A stretch of 64,000 nt of DNA. Origin: a virus. The stretch lies in IMG/VR virus record IMGVR_UViG_3300012156_000141. One strand, written 5' to 3'. Positions 30,387 to 39,896 of the stretch are shown here, piece after piece (position 1 is the first letter of the stretch; every line of letters starts with the position of its first letter). The notes under the pieces are model-generated. The model was not told where the DNA came from. It made no database searches and was given only the letters and a program-made list of their open reading frames with translations. The translations under genes were made by a program, and so were the position numbers.

Positions 30387-31319
30387 ATGATAAAAATAAG
30401 CAATTATACAAAATATGTTATTTCAATAGTGAGCCTTTTACTTTTTACATCAACTGTTATCTATGGTGACCCTATAGAGCAAACATCTATATCGACAGAA
30501 AATATAGAGTCCATAAATGCAGATACCGATTGGGAAGATGAATTAAATATTTGGGAAGCAGCAGGGATTTCAGAAGATGAAATCCCTGAAAACGAATGGC
30601 TTTTTCAAGAAAACGTAGATGAAAGCGAGACCGATGGTGCCCTCGAAGAGACACCCGTTCCTAACGAAAAAACTGATAATGTTACAGTGTCAGTAATATT
30701 AAGTGATGAAATTTTAAATAGTGAAAATAACTATGCTTATGCAGTCCATATTGACTTTGATAATATGGATGAAGAAAATTCAGAAGAATTAGATAATGAA
30801 CCTGGAACATTTACAGAAGGCGATTATGGTATTGAAACAGAGCGATTAACTGTAATGCAAGATGATGGGTATGTTGTTAGTGGGTGCATAGGGCCTGGAG
30901 ACAGATTAGTAACTGTAACTATCCCAGGTGACTACAAAGCTCTATATTCATACACTATTAATGGAGTAGATATTAAAGAAATTGAATTTGCTGGAGAAAT
31001 TATAAAATATCCAATTATAAATACAAAAAATAAAACTTATAATATAGACATTGAAATTTATAGGAGGAAAGATTCCATTGATTACTTGGATAGCGACGAA
31101 TTATTACCAGACAATCTTGATTTAGATAAAATCTTATCAGGAGAATATGGAGAGTCAAGAGCACAAGAAATTGAAGAAATTCTGTCAAACACACCAGAGA
31201 ATAATGTCGATAATTCAAATCAAAATAATATTTTGATATTTGCTATCATTATTTTAGTCTTATTATCAGGTGTAGGAATTATTATCTATATAAGATATCG
31301 TGTTAACAATGATGACTAA
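30387..31319 (+). CDS. Secreted acidic protein with a C-terminal membrane anchor
   Basis: Signal peptide, acidic body, ILIFAIIILVLLSGVGIIIYIRYR tail. Confidence 0.75.
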   Translation: MIKISNYTKYVISIVSLLLFTSTVIYGDPIEQTSISTENIESINADTDWEDELNIWEAAGISEDEIPENEWLFQENVDESETDGALEETPVPNEKTDNVTVSVILSDEILNSENNYAYAVHIDFDNMDEENSEELDNEPGTFTEGDYGIETERLTVMQDDGYVVSGCIGPGDRLVTVTIPGDYKALYSYTINGVDIKEIEFAGEIIKYPIINTKNKTYNIDIEIYRRKDSIDYLDSDELLPDNLDLDKILSGEYGESRAQEIEEILSNTPENNVDNSNQNNILIFAIIILVLLSGVGIIIYIRYRVNNDD

Positions 31320-31346
31320 AAAGTAGGGAAAAATCCCTACTTTTCT
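31319..31346. terminator. Bidirectional terminator
   Basis: AAAAGTAGGGA-AAAA-TCCCTACTTTT between convergent genes. Confidence 0.8.
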
Positions 31347-32350
31347 TCTATGCTTTTAGAGTTGTATTTTCCTTTTTCGTATGCATTCTTACCGGTTAAT
31401 ACTAACTGATCTACTAAATTAACGATTGGCTCTTTATCATCTTGCACAGAAATACCTTTGATTAAATTTTCATATGTTTCACATTTTTCCTTGACGGTTT
31501 GGATAGAACCATATTCTCTTTCTAGTTCATCATAAGCATCCACCTTAATCTGATATTTGTTGAAAAACTCTTTATTTAAATGGCTTACTTCATTTTTGAT
31601 TGTCTGTTTCATTCCAAGGTTTAAATTCTCGTATTTATTTTCATAATACATAGCTTTTAAATTAGCATCTTTAAAAAGTTCATTTGTTCGTTGTCGATAT
31701 TCTTGTATGCATTCAGAATCTTTAGGTGGAGGAAGATCCCGCTGAATGGTTGCATTAAGTGAAGCATAATATCTTTTTATATCCTGATGCCTAGCTGTTG
31801 AATTTTTGATACCTCGATTTAAATTATGTTCCTTTTTCATTAATTTTCCATATGAATCCTGGAGTTCTATCATTTTTTGCCGACTCCTTACATAATAACG
31901 TGCATTTAGATTTCCTTTGTCATCAATTGGGACAACAATAGCATGACAATGAACATTTCCCTCTTCATCACCATGATATACAACAGAAAGTACATTGTCA
32001 CCATATTTAGGATTAGCATTAAATTCCTTCCTTAACCAATCAACATTATCTTTCTTCCATTTTTCTATGTCAACATTTTCTCTATCTTCTCGCGAAAAAG
32101 TTGTAATTACCTCAAAAGCATAAACCGCATTTGAACGTATTTTTTTATCAGAGCCATAACCCAGTGTTTTAGTATGTTCTTCAAATGCTTCTTTATAAGT
32201 TTTTCCATTCAAAGAAACTAATTCTTCATTTAAGTGCTCTTTATCTGGATCGGCATTCAATACATCAGCTTTTCGATAATTATGATTGTATTTACCAGCA
32301 AGCTTATTGAAACTTTTTACTTTTTCCAATGTCATAAAACAATATCCCAT
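31337..32350 (-). CDS. MOB_V (Pre/MobV) relaxase
   Basis: N-terminal NHNYR, NAVYAFEVITTFS, VVYHGDEEGNVHCHAIVVP (H-x-DE...H-x-H), QDSYG, GLKRG-like NLNRGIK. Confidence 0.85.
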   Translation of the reverse strand: MGYCFMTLEKVKSFNKLAGKYNHNYRKADVLNADPDKEHLNEELVSLNGKTYKEAFEEHTKTLGYGSDKKIRSNAVYAFEVITTFSREDRENVDIEKWKKDNVDWLRKEFNANPKYGDNVLSVVYHGDEEGNVHCHAIVVPIDDKGNLNARYYVRSRQKMIELQDSYGKLMKKEHNLNRGIKNSTARHQDIKRYYASLNATIQRDLPPPKDSECIQEYRQRTNELFKDANLKAMYYENKYENLNLGMKQTIKNEVSHLNKEFFNKYQIKVDAYDELEREYGSIQTVKEKCETYENLIKGISVQDDKEPIVNLVDQLVLTGKNAYEKGKYNSKSIEEK

Positions 32351-32543
32351 AAAAACCTCCTTTTGGTTTTTAATAGAATGTGTAAATATAAATTCAAATA
32401 AAAGTTATTTGCGTATATGCAATAATGATTAAAATACAAAAAGTAAGATGATTTAGTAAAAACGATTTAAAGAATTATGAATTATTCTTTTGTTTTTTGA
32501 AAAATATTTTCTAACATAATAAAGATAAAAGGATGGTGTGCTT

Positions 32544-33122
32544 ATGAAAATTCCCAGAGAGTTAAAAAATCAAATAATCGAATATGTAAGAAAATATGCA
32601 AATCGTATTTTGGAGAGTAAAAAACAAATTGAAACTATGAATGCATTTGACTCAAAGTCAGCAGCAGAAGCCGCAATTGAGGCTTTGAAAAGAAGTGAAA
32701 AGTTTGGAGAATTAGAGAAAGAAATTTTAGAAGACATGGAATTTTATCAATACCTTGTAGATTTTTTTAATGAGAAACTACCGATTAACTATTTGGCATT
32801 AAAAAGAGATATTGGATATTATGAAGCGAAAAGTTTATTGACAGATAAGGGAACTGATTTCTTCCCGGAATTAAAAGGATTAAAAAATAGTTTTTATAAG
32901 AAAAAAAACAATGATTATCCTGCCACAGAAAATCAAATTAAATATATTCTAGGATATGATGTTCGATTAGATCATATAAACGAGTTATCTGGAAGAGAAG
33001 CTTCTTTAATTATAACTTGTTTGAGAAATCCCAAAAAAATAAAACCAGCATATTATCCATATTACATTAAGAAAGCAAATTTAAAAGAAGAGGCAAAATT
33101 GAAAATCTTACTAACAGAATAA
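32544..33122 (+). CDS. Hypothetical protein
   Basis: About 192 aa, divergent from mobV, preceded by CATAATA. Confidence 0.7.
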   Translation: MKIPRELKNQIIEYVRKYANRILESKKQIETMNAFDSKSAAEAAIEALKRSEKFGELEKEILEDMEFYQYLVDFFNEKLPINYLALKRDIGYYEAKSLLTDKGTDFFPELKGLKNSFYKKKNNDYPATENQIKYILGYDVRLDHINELSGREASLIITCLRNPKKIKPAYYPYYIKKANLKEEAKLKILLTE

Positions 33123-33233
33123 AAACAAACATAAATGTTTCTTTTTCATAAAAGTTGAAAATCTTTCTAACATAATACTTCTAGGTAAGTAACAAACCAG
33201 AATTGAAACAATTAAAATTTCAGGAGGTAGGCA

Positions 33234-35483
33234 ATGATTAAACAAATTAAAAGAAAGGTGCTTAGTGCAGTAAGTGTATTAGCAGCTTTAACATTATTAT
33301 TTGGCATGACAGCAATAGCTGATGGTAATGTAGTAACTATTGGAGATTTTACATATGAAAGAACAACTGAAACAGTAGGTGGGCGAGAGGTTGATGCTTG
33401 GAGTGTAGTAGAATATCATGGCTCTGACTCTGCTGCAGTAATCCCGGATGCTATTGATGCAAGTGGTTCTACAGAAATTCTTGATGTAGTTAGTGCTGAT
33501 CTACAGGCTAATTTATCAGCAGGAAATATGGTTACTGAAGTATCCAGCTCTGCATTTAGTGGTAGTGATGTAGAACAAGTAAGATTGCCAGGATATTTGA
33601 TGAAAGCAAATTCAGATTTATTTGGTGAGGCTTTAGAACTTAAAGAAATTACTGGCGCTGGTAAAGTATCAGCGAATGGATTCAAAACAGATGGAACCGC
33701 TTTATATAAGGGAACAACTTTAATGGTATTTCCAAAGGGTTATACTGACTCATATGAAGTAATGGATGGTACAACAAAGTATACCTCTAGTGTTTTTGCA
33801 AATTGTTCTTTTGAGAAATTAACACTAACCGGTGATGTTACTTATGGTTCGGAAAATTCATATGGAAGAAGCTTATTTGTAAACTCTTCAATTGGTGAAG
33901 TAGATATTGATAATGCAACTGTAGATGAAAAAACATTCCTAGGTGCTAATATTGGTATATTTAGTGGGAGCAATACAGAGTCAGGATCAATCGTAAAAAA
34001 TAATGAACTATTGTATTATGGCTTTGACTCAGACTTTGATTTTAGTAGCATAACATCAATTAGTTCAGTGGCATTCCAAACCGAAGCTCTATATAAAAGT
34101 GTAGAATCATCAATTCCAGATTCAATAAAGGAATCAACGGTATTTAGATTTTATAATGGTACTGGTAGCGAATATACACAGAGATATTTTAATATTAATG
34201 GCAGAACGGCATTCTGTTACGACTATGGTAAAGATAATCCGGAAATAGTTGGTGATTTACTTGAGTATGATACAACGATTGAACCCAATACAGAAAGATA
34301 TAATCAAGTAAGAGCTTTGTTATATGGTGGTGTTCCTAATAATGCAGATGGTCTATTTGCAGAAATATTTGGAGATGACTATGAAGAATCCTCTTATGAC
34401 TTTTCTGGTGATGCGGCTAAAAATGCAGTGGGTGCATTGGTTTGGGAAGTAGTAAGTGGTCAGGATGTAAATATTGATGGGATTTATGGAATCAGCAGTA
34501 ATAACTTTTCAAAGTCAGATGTGAAAAAATATATTAATGCACTTAGAACAAGATATATTGAAAAAGCTGACAGTTTTGACTTAAGTGATTTTGAATTGGG
34601 TTTTTATCAACCCAAGCAGCCATCATCCGCACAGAGACTTGTTGTAATTAATGAAATATATCGTCCGGATCCAGTAGAACCAACAAAACCATCTGTGACT
34701 ATTTCTAAAAAGGATATGACCACAAGCAAAGAACTACCGGGAGCAATCCTTAAAATAGTTAAAGACAATGTTGTAATTGAACAATGGACTTCTACAACTA
34801 CACCACATGTAATCAGTGATTTAGAAGATGGCGAGTATGTGTTGATTGAAATAACTGCGCCAAATGGTTACTTGATCGCAGAATCTATTACATTCACAGT
34901 ATTTGATGGAAAAGTATCAACAGCAAATATCGTTATGTATGATGCGCCGGAAGATAACGAAGATTTATATATTAGTAAAAGGGACTTAACTACAGATGAA
35001 GAATTACCAGGTGCAACATTAAAAGTCACAAAAGACGGTGAATTAATTGCTCAATGGACTTCTACATCGAAGCCGCACAAGCTAACCAATTTGGAAGATG
35101 GCGAATATATTCTAACTGAAATTATAGCACCAAATGGCTATGAAATTGCAAGTGATATTACATTTACAATTAAAGATGGAAAGTCAGACAATTCTCCAGT
35201 AGTTATGTATGATGATGTATCACCTACAGCAACATCCTCTGATGCAAAACCTTCAAAACCAGGAAGTAATGGTGGATATTCGGGCGGCAGTTCAGACAAT
35301 AGTTCAGAGACGACGAAAACACCAGTCACTGAAATAGACCCAACTCAACAAAGTATAGAAGAACCAAGAACTGAACTTCCAGTAACGGGTGATATTGGCG
35401 GAGTGGTTAAGATCATGATAGGAGCATTACTAACATTAGCTTTTGGATATGCGGTTAAAAAGAAAATAAACTTTAAATTTTAA
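33234..35483 (+). CDS. Sortase-anchored adhesin: BspA-like LRR, putative thioester domain, two SpaA/CnaB-like repeats, LPVTG
   Basis: Signal peptide, EVSSSAFSGS, AFCYDYGKDNP..SAQRLV, two ISK(K/R)D...ELPGA.LK...WTS...LEDGEY.L.E..APNGY repeats, LPVTG-TM-KKK tail. Confidence 0.85.
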   Translation: MIKQIKRKVLSAVSVLAALTLLFGMTAIADGNVVTIGDFTYERTTETVGGREVDAWSVVEYHGSDSAAVIPDAIDASGSTEILDVVSADLQANLSAGNMVTEVSSSAFSGSDVEQVRLPGYLMKANSDLFGEALELKEITGAGKVSANGFKTDGTALYKGTTLMVFPKGYTDSYEVMDGTTKYTSSVFANCSFEKLTLTGDVTYGSENSYGRSLFVNSSIGEVDIDNATVDEKTFLGANIGIFSGSNTESGSIVKNNELLYYGFDSDFDFSSITSISSVAFQTEALYKSVESSIPDSIKESTVFRFYNGTGSEYTQRYFNINGRTAFCYDYGKDNPEIVGDLLEYDTTIEPNTERYNQVRALLYGGVPNNADGLFAEIFGDDYEESSYDFSGDAAKNAVGALVWEVVSGQDVNIDGIYGISSNNFSKSDVKKYINALRTRYIEKADSFDLSDFELGFYQPKQPSSAQRLVVINEIYRPDPVEPTKPSVTISKKDMTTSKELPGAILKIVKDNVVIEQWTSTTTPHVISDLEDGEYVLIEITAPNGYLIAESITFTVFDGKVSTANIVMYDAPEDNEDLYISKRDLTTDEELPGATLKVTKDGELIAQWTSTSKPHKLTNLEDGEYILTEIIAPNGYEIASDITFTIKDGKSDNSPVVMYDDVSPTATSSDAKPSKPGSNGGYSGGSSDNSSETTKTPVTEIDPTQQSIEEPRTELPVTGDIGGVVKIMIGALLTLAFGYAVKKKINFKF

Positions 35484-35652
35484 TAAAAAGCGGAAATAAC
35501 CGCTTTTTTAATTTATCTAAAAAAAAACCGAAACATAATATGAGTGTATACGAAACATGGAGTAAATTAAAAAATTAAATGAAGTAGGAGGATGTTCACC
35601 ATTTCCGTTCCATGTCGGATTAGTTAGCTGCTAAGGTGAACAAAGTAAGTTT

Positions 35653-36306
35653 ATGTACATGAGCAAATTGATGAGAACAGTTGTATTAGGTATGGGATTT
35701 TCTGTAATTATGGCTTTCTGTGGTTTTGCGGGTACTAATGATTTGGATACTGGTGTTGCTGAGGAAGAAATTTCTTGGGATTTTGACTGGGATGAACCAG
35801 AGCCAGAGACCGATGCTCCTGAAACCGATGCTCCAGAGACTGAAGCATCAACCGAGCCAGAGACTGAAGCATCAACCGAGCCAGAGACTGAGGCTCCAAC
35901 TGAGAAAGAAACCGAACCGGAAACGGAGGCTTCGACTGAACCAGTGAGTGAGACAGAAGAAGAGACCACAGCTAGTGAAACAGTTCCAGAATCAACTCCG
36001 GAGGGATCCTCTACTGAACAGACAAAGAAGTCTGGTGGTAGTAGTTCTTCAAACAACAGAACTTGGGATCCAGGTGATCCTAATCATGGTCCTGGAGTTG
36101 AAACAATTGTAGAGACCATTCCAGAGACAATAGTGTACTATGCTCCTCCGGAGACCAGTGTAGAGGTTATTCCGGAAATTCCATACAAGTCGCCAATTCC
36201 GAATACAGGAGACCTGGCAGGGATGTTTGGTGTTCTGAAAGTAATTGCTGCTGTATTGGTTGTTCTTGGCGGAGGATTTGCTGTTCAGGCAAACAGAAGA
36301 AAGTAA
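35653..36306 (+). CDS. Pro/Glu/Thr-rich surface protein with an IPNTG sorting signal
   Basis: Signal peptide, PETEASTE repeats, IPNTG followed by TM and NRRK. Confidence 0.8.
   Translation: MYMSKLMRTVVLGMGFSVIMAFCGFAGTNDLDTGVAEEEISWDFDWDEPEPETDAPETDAPETEASTEPETEASTEPETEAPTEKETEPETEASTEPVSETEEETTASETVPESTPEGSSTEQTKKSGGSSSSNNRTWDPGDPNHGPGVETIVETIPETIVYYAPPETSVEVIPEIPYKSPIPNTGDLAGMFGVLKVIAAVLVVLGGGFAVQANRRK
35803..35940 (+). repeat. Coding tandem repeats (15-bp PETDA and 24-bp PETEASTE units)
   Basis: CCAGAGACTGAAGCATCAACCGAG identical at 35833 and 35857, with variants following. Confidence 0.9.
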
Positions 36307-36325
36307 TTCATTTAATATTTTGCAA

Positions 36326-36351
36326 TAAAAAAAGAGCGTTTGCTCTTTTTT
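36326..36351. terminator. Bidirectional terminator
   Basis: AAAAAAAGAGC-GTTT-GCTCTTTTTTT. Confidence 0.8.
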
Positions 36352-37158
36352 TTATTTTACATCTGGAACATACGCTGAAGGAAGTTGACTGCTAATTGCG
36401 TTTTGTTCATTCAAAACATCAACATATTTTACACTACCATCAATTGTTGCAGTGTTCCATGCATGTGCATAGCCATTAAATGTTCCTGTTTCCAAAGTTG
36501 TTGGGATACCATTCATAGAACATAATTGGTAAACAGCCATAGAATAGCCTTTACAAAGTGTAGCTTTACCATCATAGAATCCATAATAACTTTTGAATGT
36601 CTCATCACTATCTTCTTTGCTAAGAAGGGAATAGTCATACCTCATATTAGCTTTTGCCCAATTGAATATATTGTTTACTGTAGTAGCAGCATCACTACCA
36701 GCCAACCTCTCAGCAATACCTTGAGCTTTCTTAACTTCTGACAAATAAGTTGCTATTTTCTGGTCTAAATTGTCTGTGTTACATAATGCTACCACATAAT
36801 TTGAAGAACCAGAGGTTCGATAAGCACTTAGCCGGATGTCATAAGTAAAACCATAGGCATAATTGAAATATTCACGAAAGATTTTACAGGAATCATAGTC
36901 GCCAGAATATACAACAATCGAACTTCTTGAATATTTGTTGTCTTCAATTAGTTTGAAAGCCTGAAAAACATACGTGTCTAACTCTGGAGATTCAGTGGTC
37001 TTATAAACACCTTTCATGTACTCAGATAAACTTATATATTCTGTTTGGCAAATTATAGAAGCTGGCTCAGCCATAGCACACATGGCAGGCCATAGACTTA
37101 GTGACACTGCACACATTAGTGATGCAAATACTGTTAGCGTTCTTCTTTTCATATTCAT
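36352..37158 (-). CDS. Secreted transglutaminase-like (Cys-His-Asp) protein
   Basis: Signal peptide, NMRYDY, LCKGYSMA, HAWNTATIDGSVKYVD. Confidence 0.85.
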   Translation of the reverse strand: MNMKRRTLTVFASLMCAVSLSLWPAMCAMAEPASIICQTEYISLSEYMKGVYKTTESPELDTYVFQAFKLIEDNKYSRSSIVVYSGDYDSCKIFREYFNYAYGFTYDIRLSAYRTSGSSNYVVALCNTDNLDQKIATYLSEVKKAQGIAERLAGSDAATTVNNIFNWAKANMRYDYSLLSKEDSDETFKSYYGFYDGKATLCKGYSMAVYQLCSMNGIPTTLETGTFNGYAHAWNTATIDGSVKYVDVLNEQNAISSQLPSAYVPDVK

Positions 37159-37476
37159 TCCTCATTCCTTTTTTCTTAACAAATTTCTTTTACATTATTA
37201 TTATGGTGTATTTTTTTTGAGATGACACCTAATTTTAGAAAAAAACTAAAAAATATATTTTCTTTCACACAATTCCCGGAAGAGTATCGTACCCTTAAAG
37301 TATTGTCTATTACTAAATTGAAATATAAAATGTAATTTAATTATATACTATAGTTCTTCAAAATGAAATATTATTGTCAGAAAACAAAAGAAATATAAAT
37401 TAAATTATTAATATCGTTTTAATTAATACTCTATGCAGATTCTTGCATAATGTTCATGATAAGGGAAGGAGTGGGC

Positions 37477-38070
37477 ATGATGGCAAAGATTAAGTGGTTT
37501 ATAAGAAAGATAAAAATTTTCATGTATTTATTTCCGGGAATATTAGTTTTCAGTATTACTTTTTGGCTGAGTTTTTTTGCTAAAGATAAGTATTTATATC
37601 CATATGAAAATCCACATAACGAATTGCAAGAATATGTATTTAATAAAGAGAAAATAGATAAATGGCCAGAAATAAAATCCTATAGGGTAATAGATAACCA
37701 AATAAATATTGAAATGGAATACAAAAATAACTATGTGGTGTTTGTTGATGTATATTACAAAAAAACAATTGGCCAAATCGGTTTACTGAAAACAGAGACA
37801 ATTCACAAGTGTGGTTATTATAAACAATCAATGGACACACAAATAGTAATATCAGGGTCTGAACTTAAACAATTATTATACCCGGAGAACCCTGACTCTG
37901 TATTTGACTTAAAAATAAACGATATTGTTATTATTAGTAGTGATAACAATAAAGTATCAAAGCCAGTAAGACTTTTAGTAAGTTCCTCTGGCAATTTAAC
38001 TACTCAATATTTTGATTCAATAAATTTTAGCAACATAGTAACAATCAATGATTCGGAGGGATTAAAGTGA
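37477..38070 (+). CDS. Hypothetical membrane-anchored protein
   Basis: N-terminal TM, AAGGAG RBS, coupled to the sortase gene. Confidence 0.65.
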   Translation: MMAKIKWFIRKIKIFMYLFPGILVFSITFWLSFFAKDKYLYPYENPHNELQEYVFNKEKIDKWPEIKSYRVIDNQINIEMEYKNNYVVFVDVYYKKTIGQIGLLKTETIHKCGYYKQSMDTQIVISGSELKQLLYPENPDSVFDLKINDIVIISSDNNKVSKPVRLLVSSSGNLTTQYFDSINFSNIVTINDSEGLK

Positions 38071-38981
38071 ATAAAAGAAAAATGAAAATGATAGGTGTAG
38101 CAATTGTCATATTAATGTTTTTAATCATAATAAGGTATGTATCATCTTCAATAACATCAATAAAAAAATACAAGGATCTTAAGTCAGAAGTTGTAGAAAT
38201 AGTCGTGAATTTAAGTGAAGAAGAAAGTAAATCCACTGAGGTATTAGAAACACAAGAGACAACTAAAGAAACAGAGCCTGAGTTTAGAGAACCCATACTT
38301 GAAAGCAAAAAAGAAATTGTCGAAGAGACAACATTGGAGCAAATATCAGTGCCAGAGGAAAAATCCAAGTTATGTTCGCTCTCAGACTATAATGGATATA
38401 CTCCAACATTAAATGTTGACTATGCAAAGCTAAAAACAATAAATAGTGATTATAGAGGATGGCTAAATATTACTGATAGCAATATTTCATATCCGATACC
38501 ACAAGGCATGGATAATGAATATTATTTACATAAATTATTTGAGACTCAACAATATGAATATGCTGGTTCGCTATATATTGATGCATATTCTACTAAATAT
38601 GAAAACCAGGATAATCTAATTATATATGGACACAACATGAAAAATGGAACAATGTTTGGCTCTTTAAAGAAATTTAAAGATAGAAAATATTTTACAGACC
38701 ATCCATATATTGAATTCTATACTAAAAATGAAAGCAGGGTATATCTGATTTTTTCGGTCAGAACAGTAAAATCAGATATTACATCTCTTGACTATCAGTT
38801 AGATTCATTTGATCTGCAGACTTATATAGATAAAGCGGTGGCAGAGTCAGAGCAGTCTCGTGTGATTGACATTAATACAAATGGATTTGAGTCTAATCCA
38901 TATAGCCAAATAATCACATTATCTACATGTGTAGGAGATACAAGCAAGAGATTAATCGTGAATGGTTTAAGAATAAAGTAA
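38067..38981 (+). CDS. srtB: Class B sortase
   Basis: GWLNI..ISYPIPQG.DNEYYL, IIYGHNMKNGTMFGSL, ITLSTC, RLIV. Confidence 0.9.
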   Translation: MNKRKMKMIGVAIVILMFLIIIRYVSSSITSIKKYKDLKSEVVEIVVNLSEEESKSTEVLETQETTKETEPEFREPILESKKEIVEETTLEQISVPEEKSKLCSLSDYNGYTPTLNVDYAKLKTINSDYRGWLNITDSNISYPIPQGMDNEYYLHKLFETQQYEYAGSLYIDAYSTKYENQDNLIIYGHNMKNGTMFGSLKKFKDRKYFTDHPYIEFYTKNESRVYLIFSVRTVKSDITSLDYQLDSFDLQTYIDKAVAESEQSRVIDINTNGFESNPYSQIITLSTCVGDTSKRLIVNGLRIK

Positions 38982-39042
38982 AGTTTATCTGAGGAAAAAT
39001 CATACATACTATTTCCATCAAAGAATAGATGGAGGATTACAT

Positions 39043-39750
39043 ATGTATTACAAGATTTTAAAGAAAGATATGTTGCACTATGATATGCAGTATAAGGAAG
39101 GTTTGAATGTTGATATAAAACCTTTTGATTCCAGTCCTTGTTGTGGAGGCGGCTTATTTTTTTCAGACGTAAAAAACATATTAGGTTTTTGCAGCTATGG
39201 TGATTTGATTGCAGAGGTTACGGTGCCCGAGGGAGAAATGGTTATTTCAGTAGGAAATAAGTATAAAGCGAACAAAATCAATTTATCGAATATCCGAAAT
39301 TTGTGGGATGTTGAAGTATTTAAGGAACTCGTTAAGCAAGGGCTCGATATTCATGCAGATAATGACTTGGCTTTACTATTGGTTGCAGGAAATGGGTTCT
39401 TGGATGTAGTCAAATACTTAGTAGAACAGGGCGCATATATTCATGCGGATAATGAATATCCTTTGCAAAGGGCTGCATGTAATGGACATTTGAATGTAGT
39501 CAAATATTTGATAGAGCAGGGAGCCGATATTCATGCGGACAACGAGCTTGCTTTGCGATGGGCCGCAGAAAATGGACGTTTGAAAATTGTTAAATATTTA
39601 GTAGATCAGGGTGCTAATATTCATGCGGATAATGATTCTACTTTAAGATGGACCGCGGAAAATGGTCATTTGGAAGTCGTTGAATATTTGGAGAATCAAG
39701 TCAAAAAAACATCAAACATTAATGATACATACATTCCGTTGAATATATAA
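39043..39750 (+). CDS. Ankyrin-repeat protein with an N-terminal YYKI..QYKEGLN..GGLFF domain
   Basis: Four repeats of the type L..A..NG.L.VVKYL.EQGA.IHADN. Confidence 0.9.
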   Translation: MYYKILKKDMLHYDMQYKEGLNVDIKPFDSSPCCGGGLFFSDVKNILGFCSYGDLIAEVTVPEGEMVISVGNKYKANKINLSNIRNLWDVEVFKELVKQGLDIHADNDLALLLVAGNGFLDVVKYLVEQGAYIHADNEYPLQRAACNGHLNVVKYLIEQGADIHADNELALRWAAENGRLKIVKYLVDQGANIHADNDSTLRWTAENGHLEVVEYLENQVKKTSNINDTYIPLNI

Positions 39751-39896
39751 AAATAGAAATTTAGTTGTATGCGATTAGTCAAAAACAAAAAGAGGCATTT
39801 GTGCCTCTTTTTATAAAAATTATCATTCAAAAATTAATTATTTTAAAAGCAAATCGTGCATTATATAAATATAATTTATAAAGGAGACACATAAAC

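Noticed and set aside
35803-35940. Tandem repeats as a possible CRISPR array
   Set aside because: The units are contiguous, in-frame coding repeats with no unique spacers, and no cas genes are present.
35631-36056. 141-aa minus-strand ORF
   Set aside because: Antisense shadow of the repetitive PET protein, which has the signal peptide and sorting motif.
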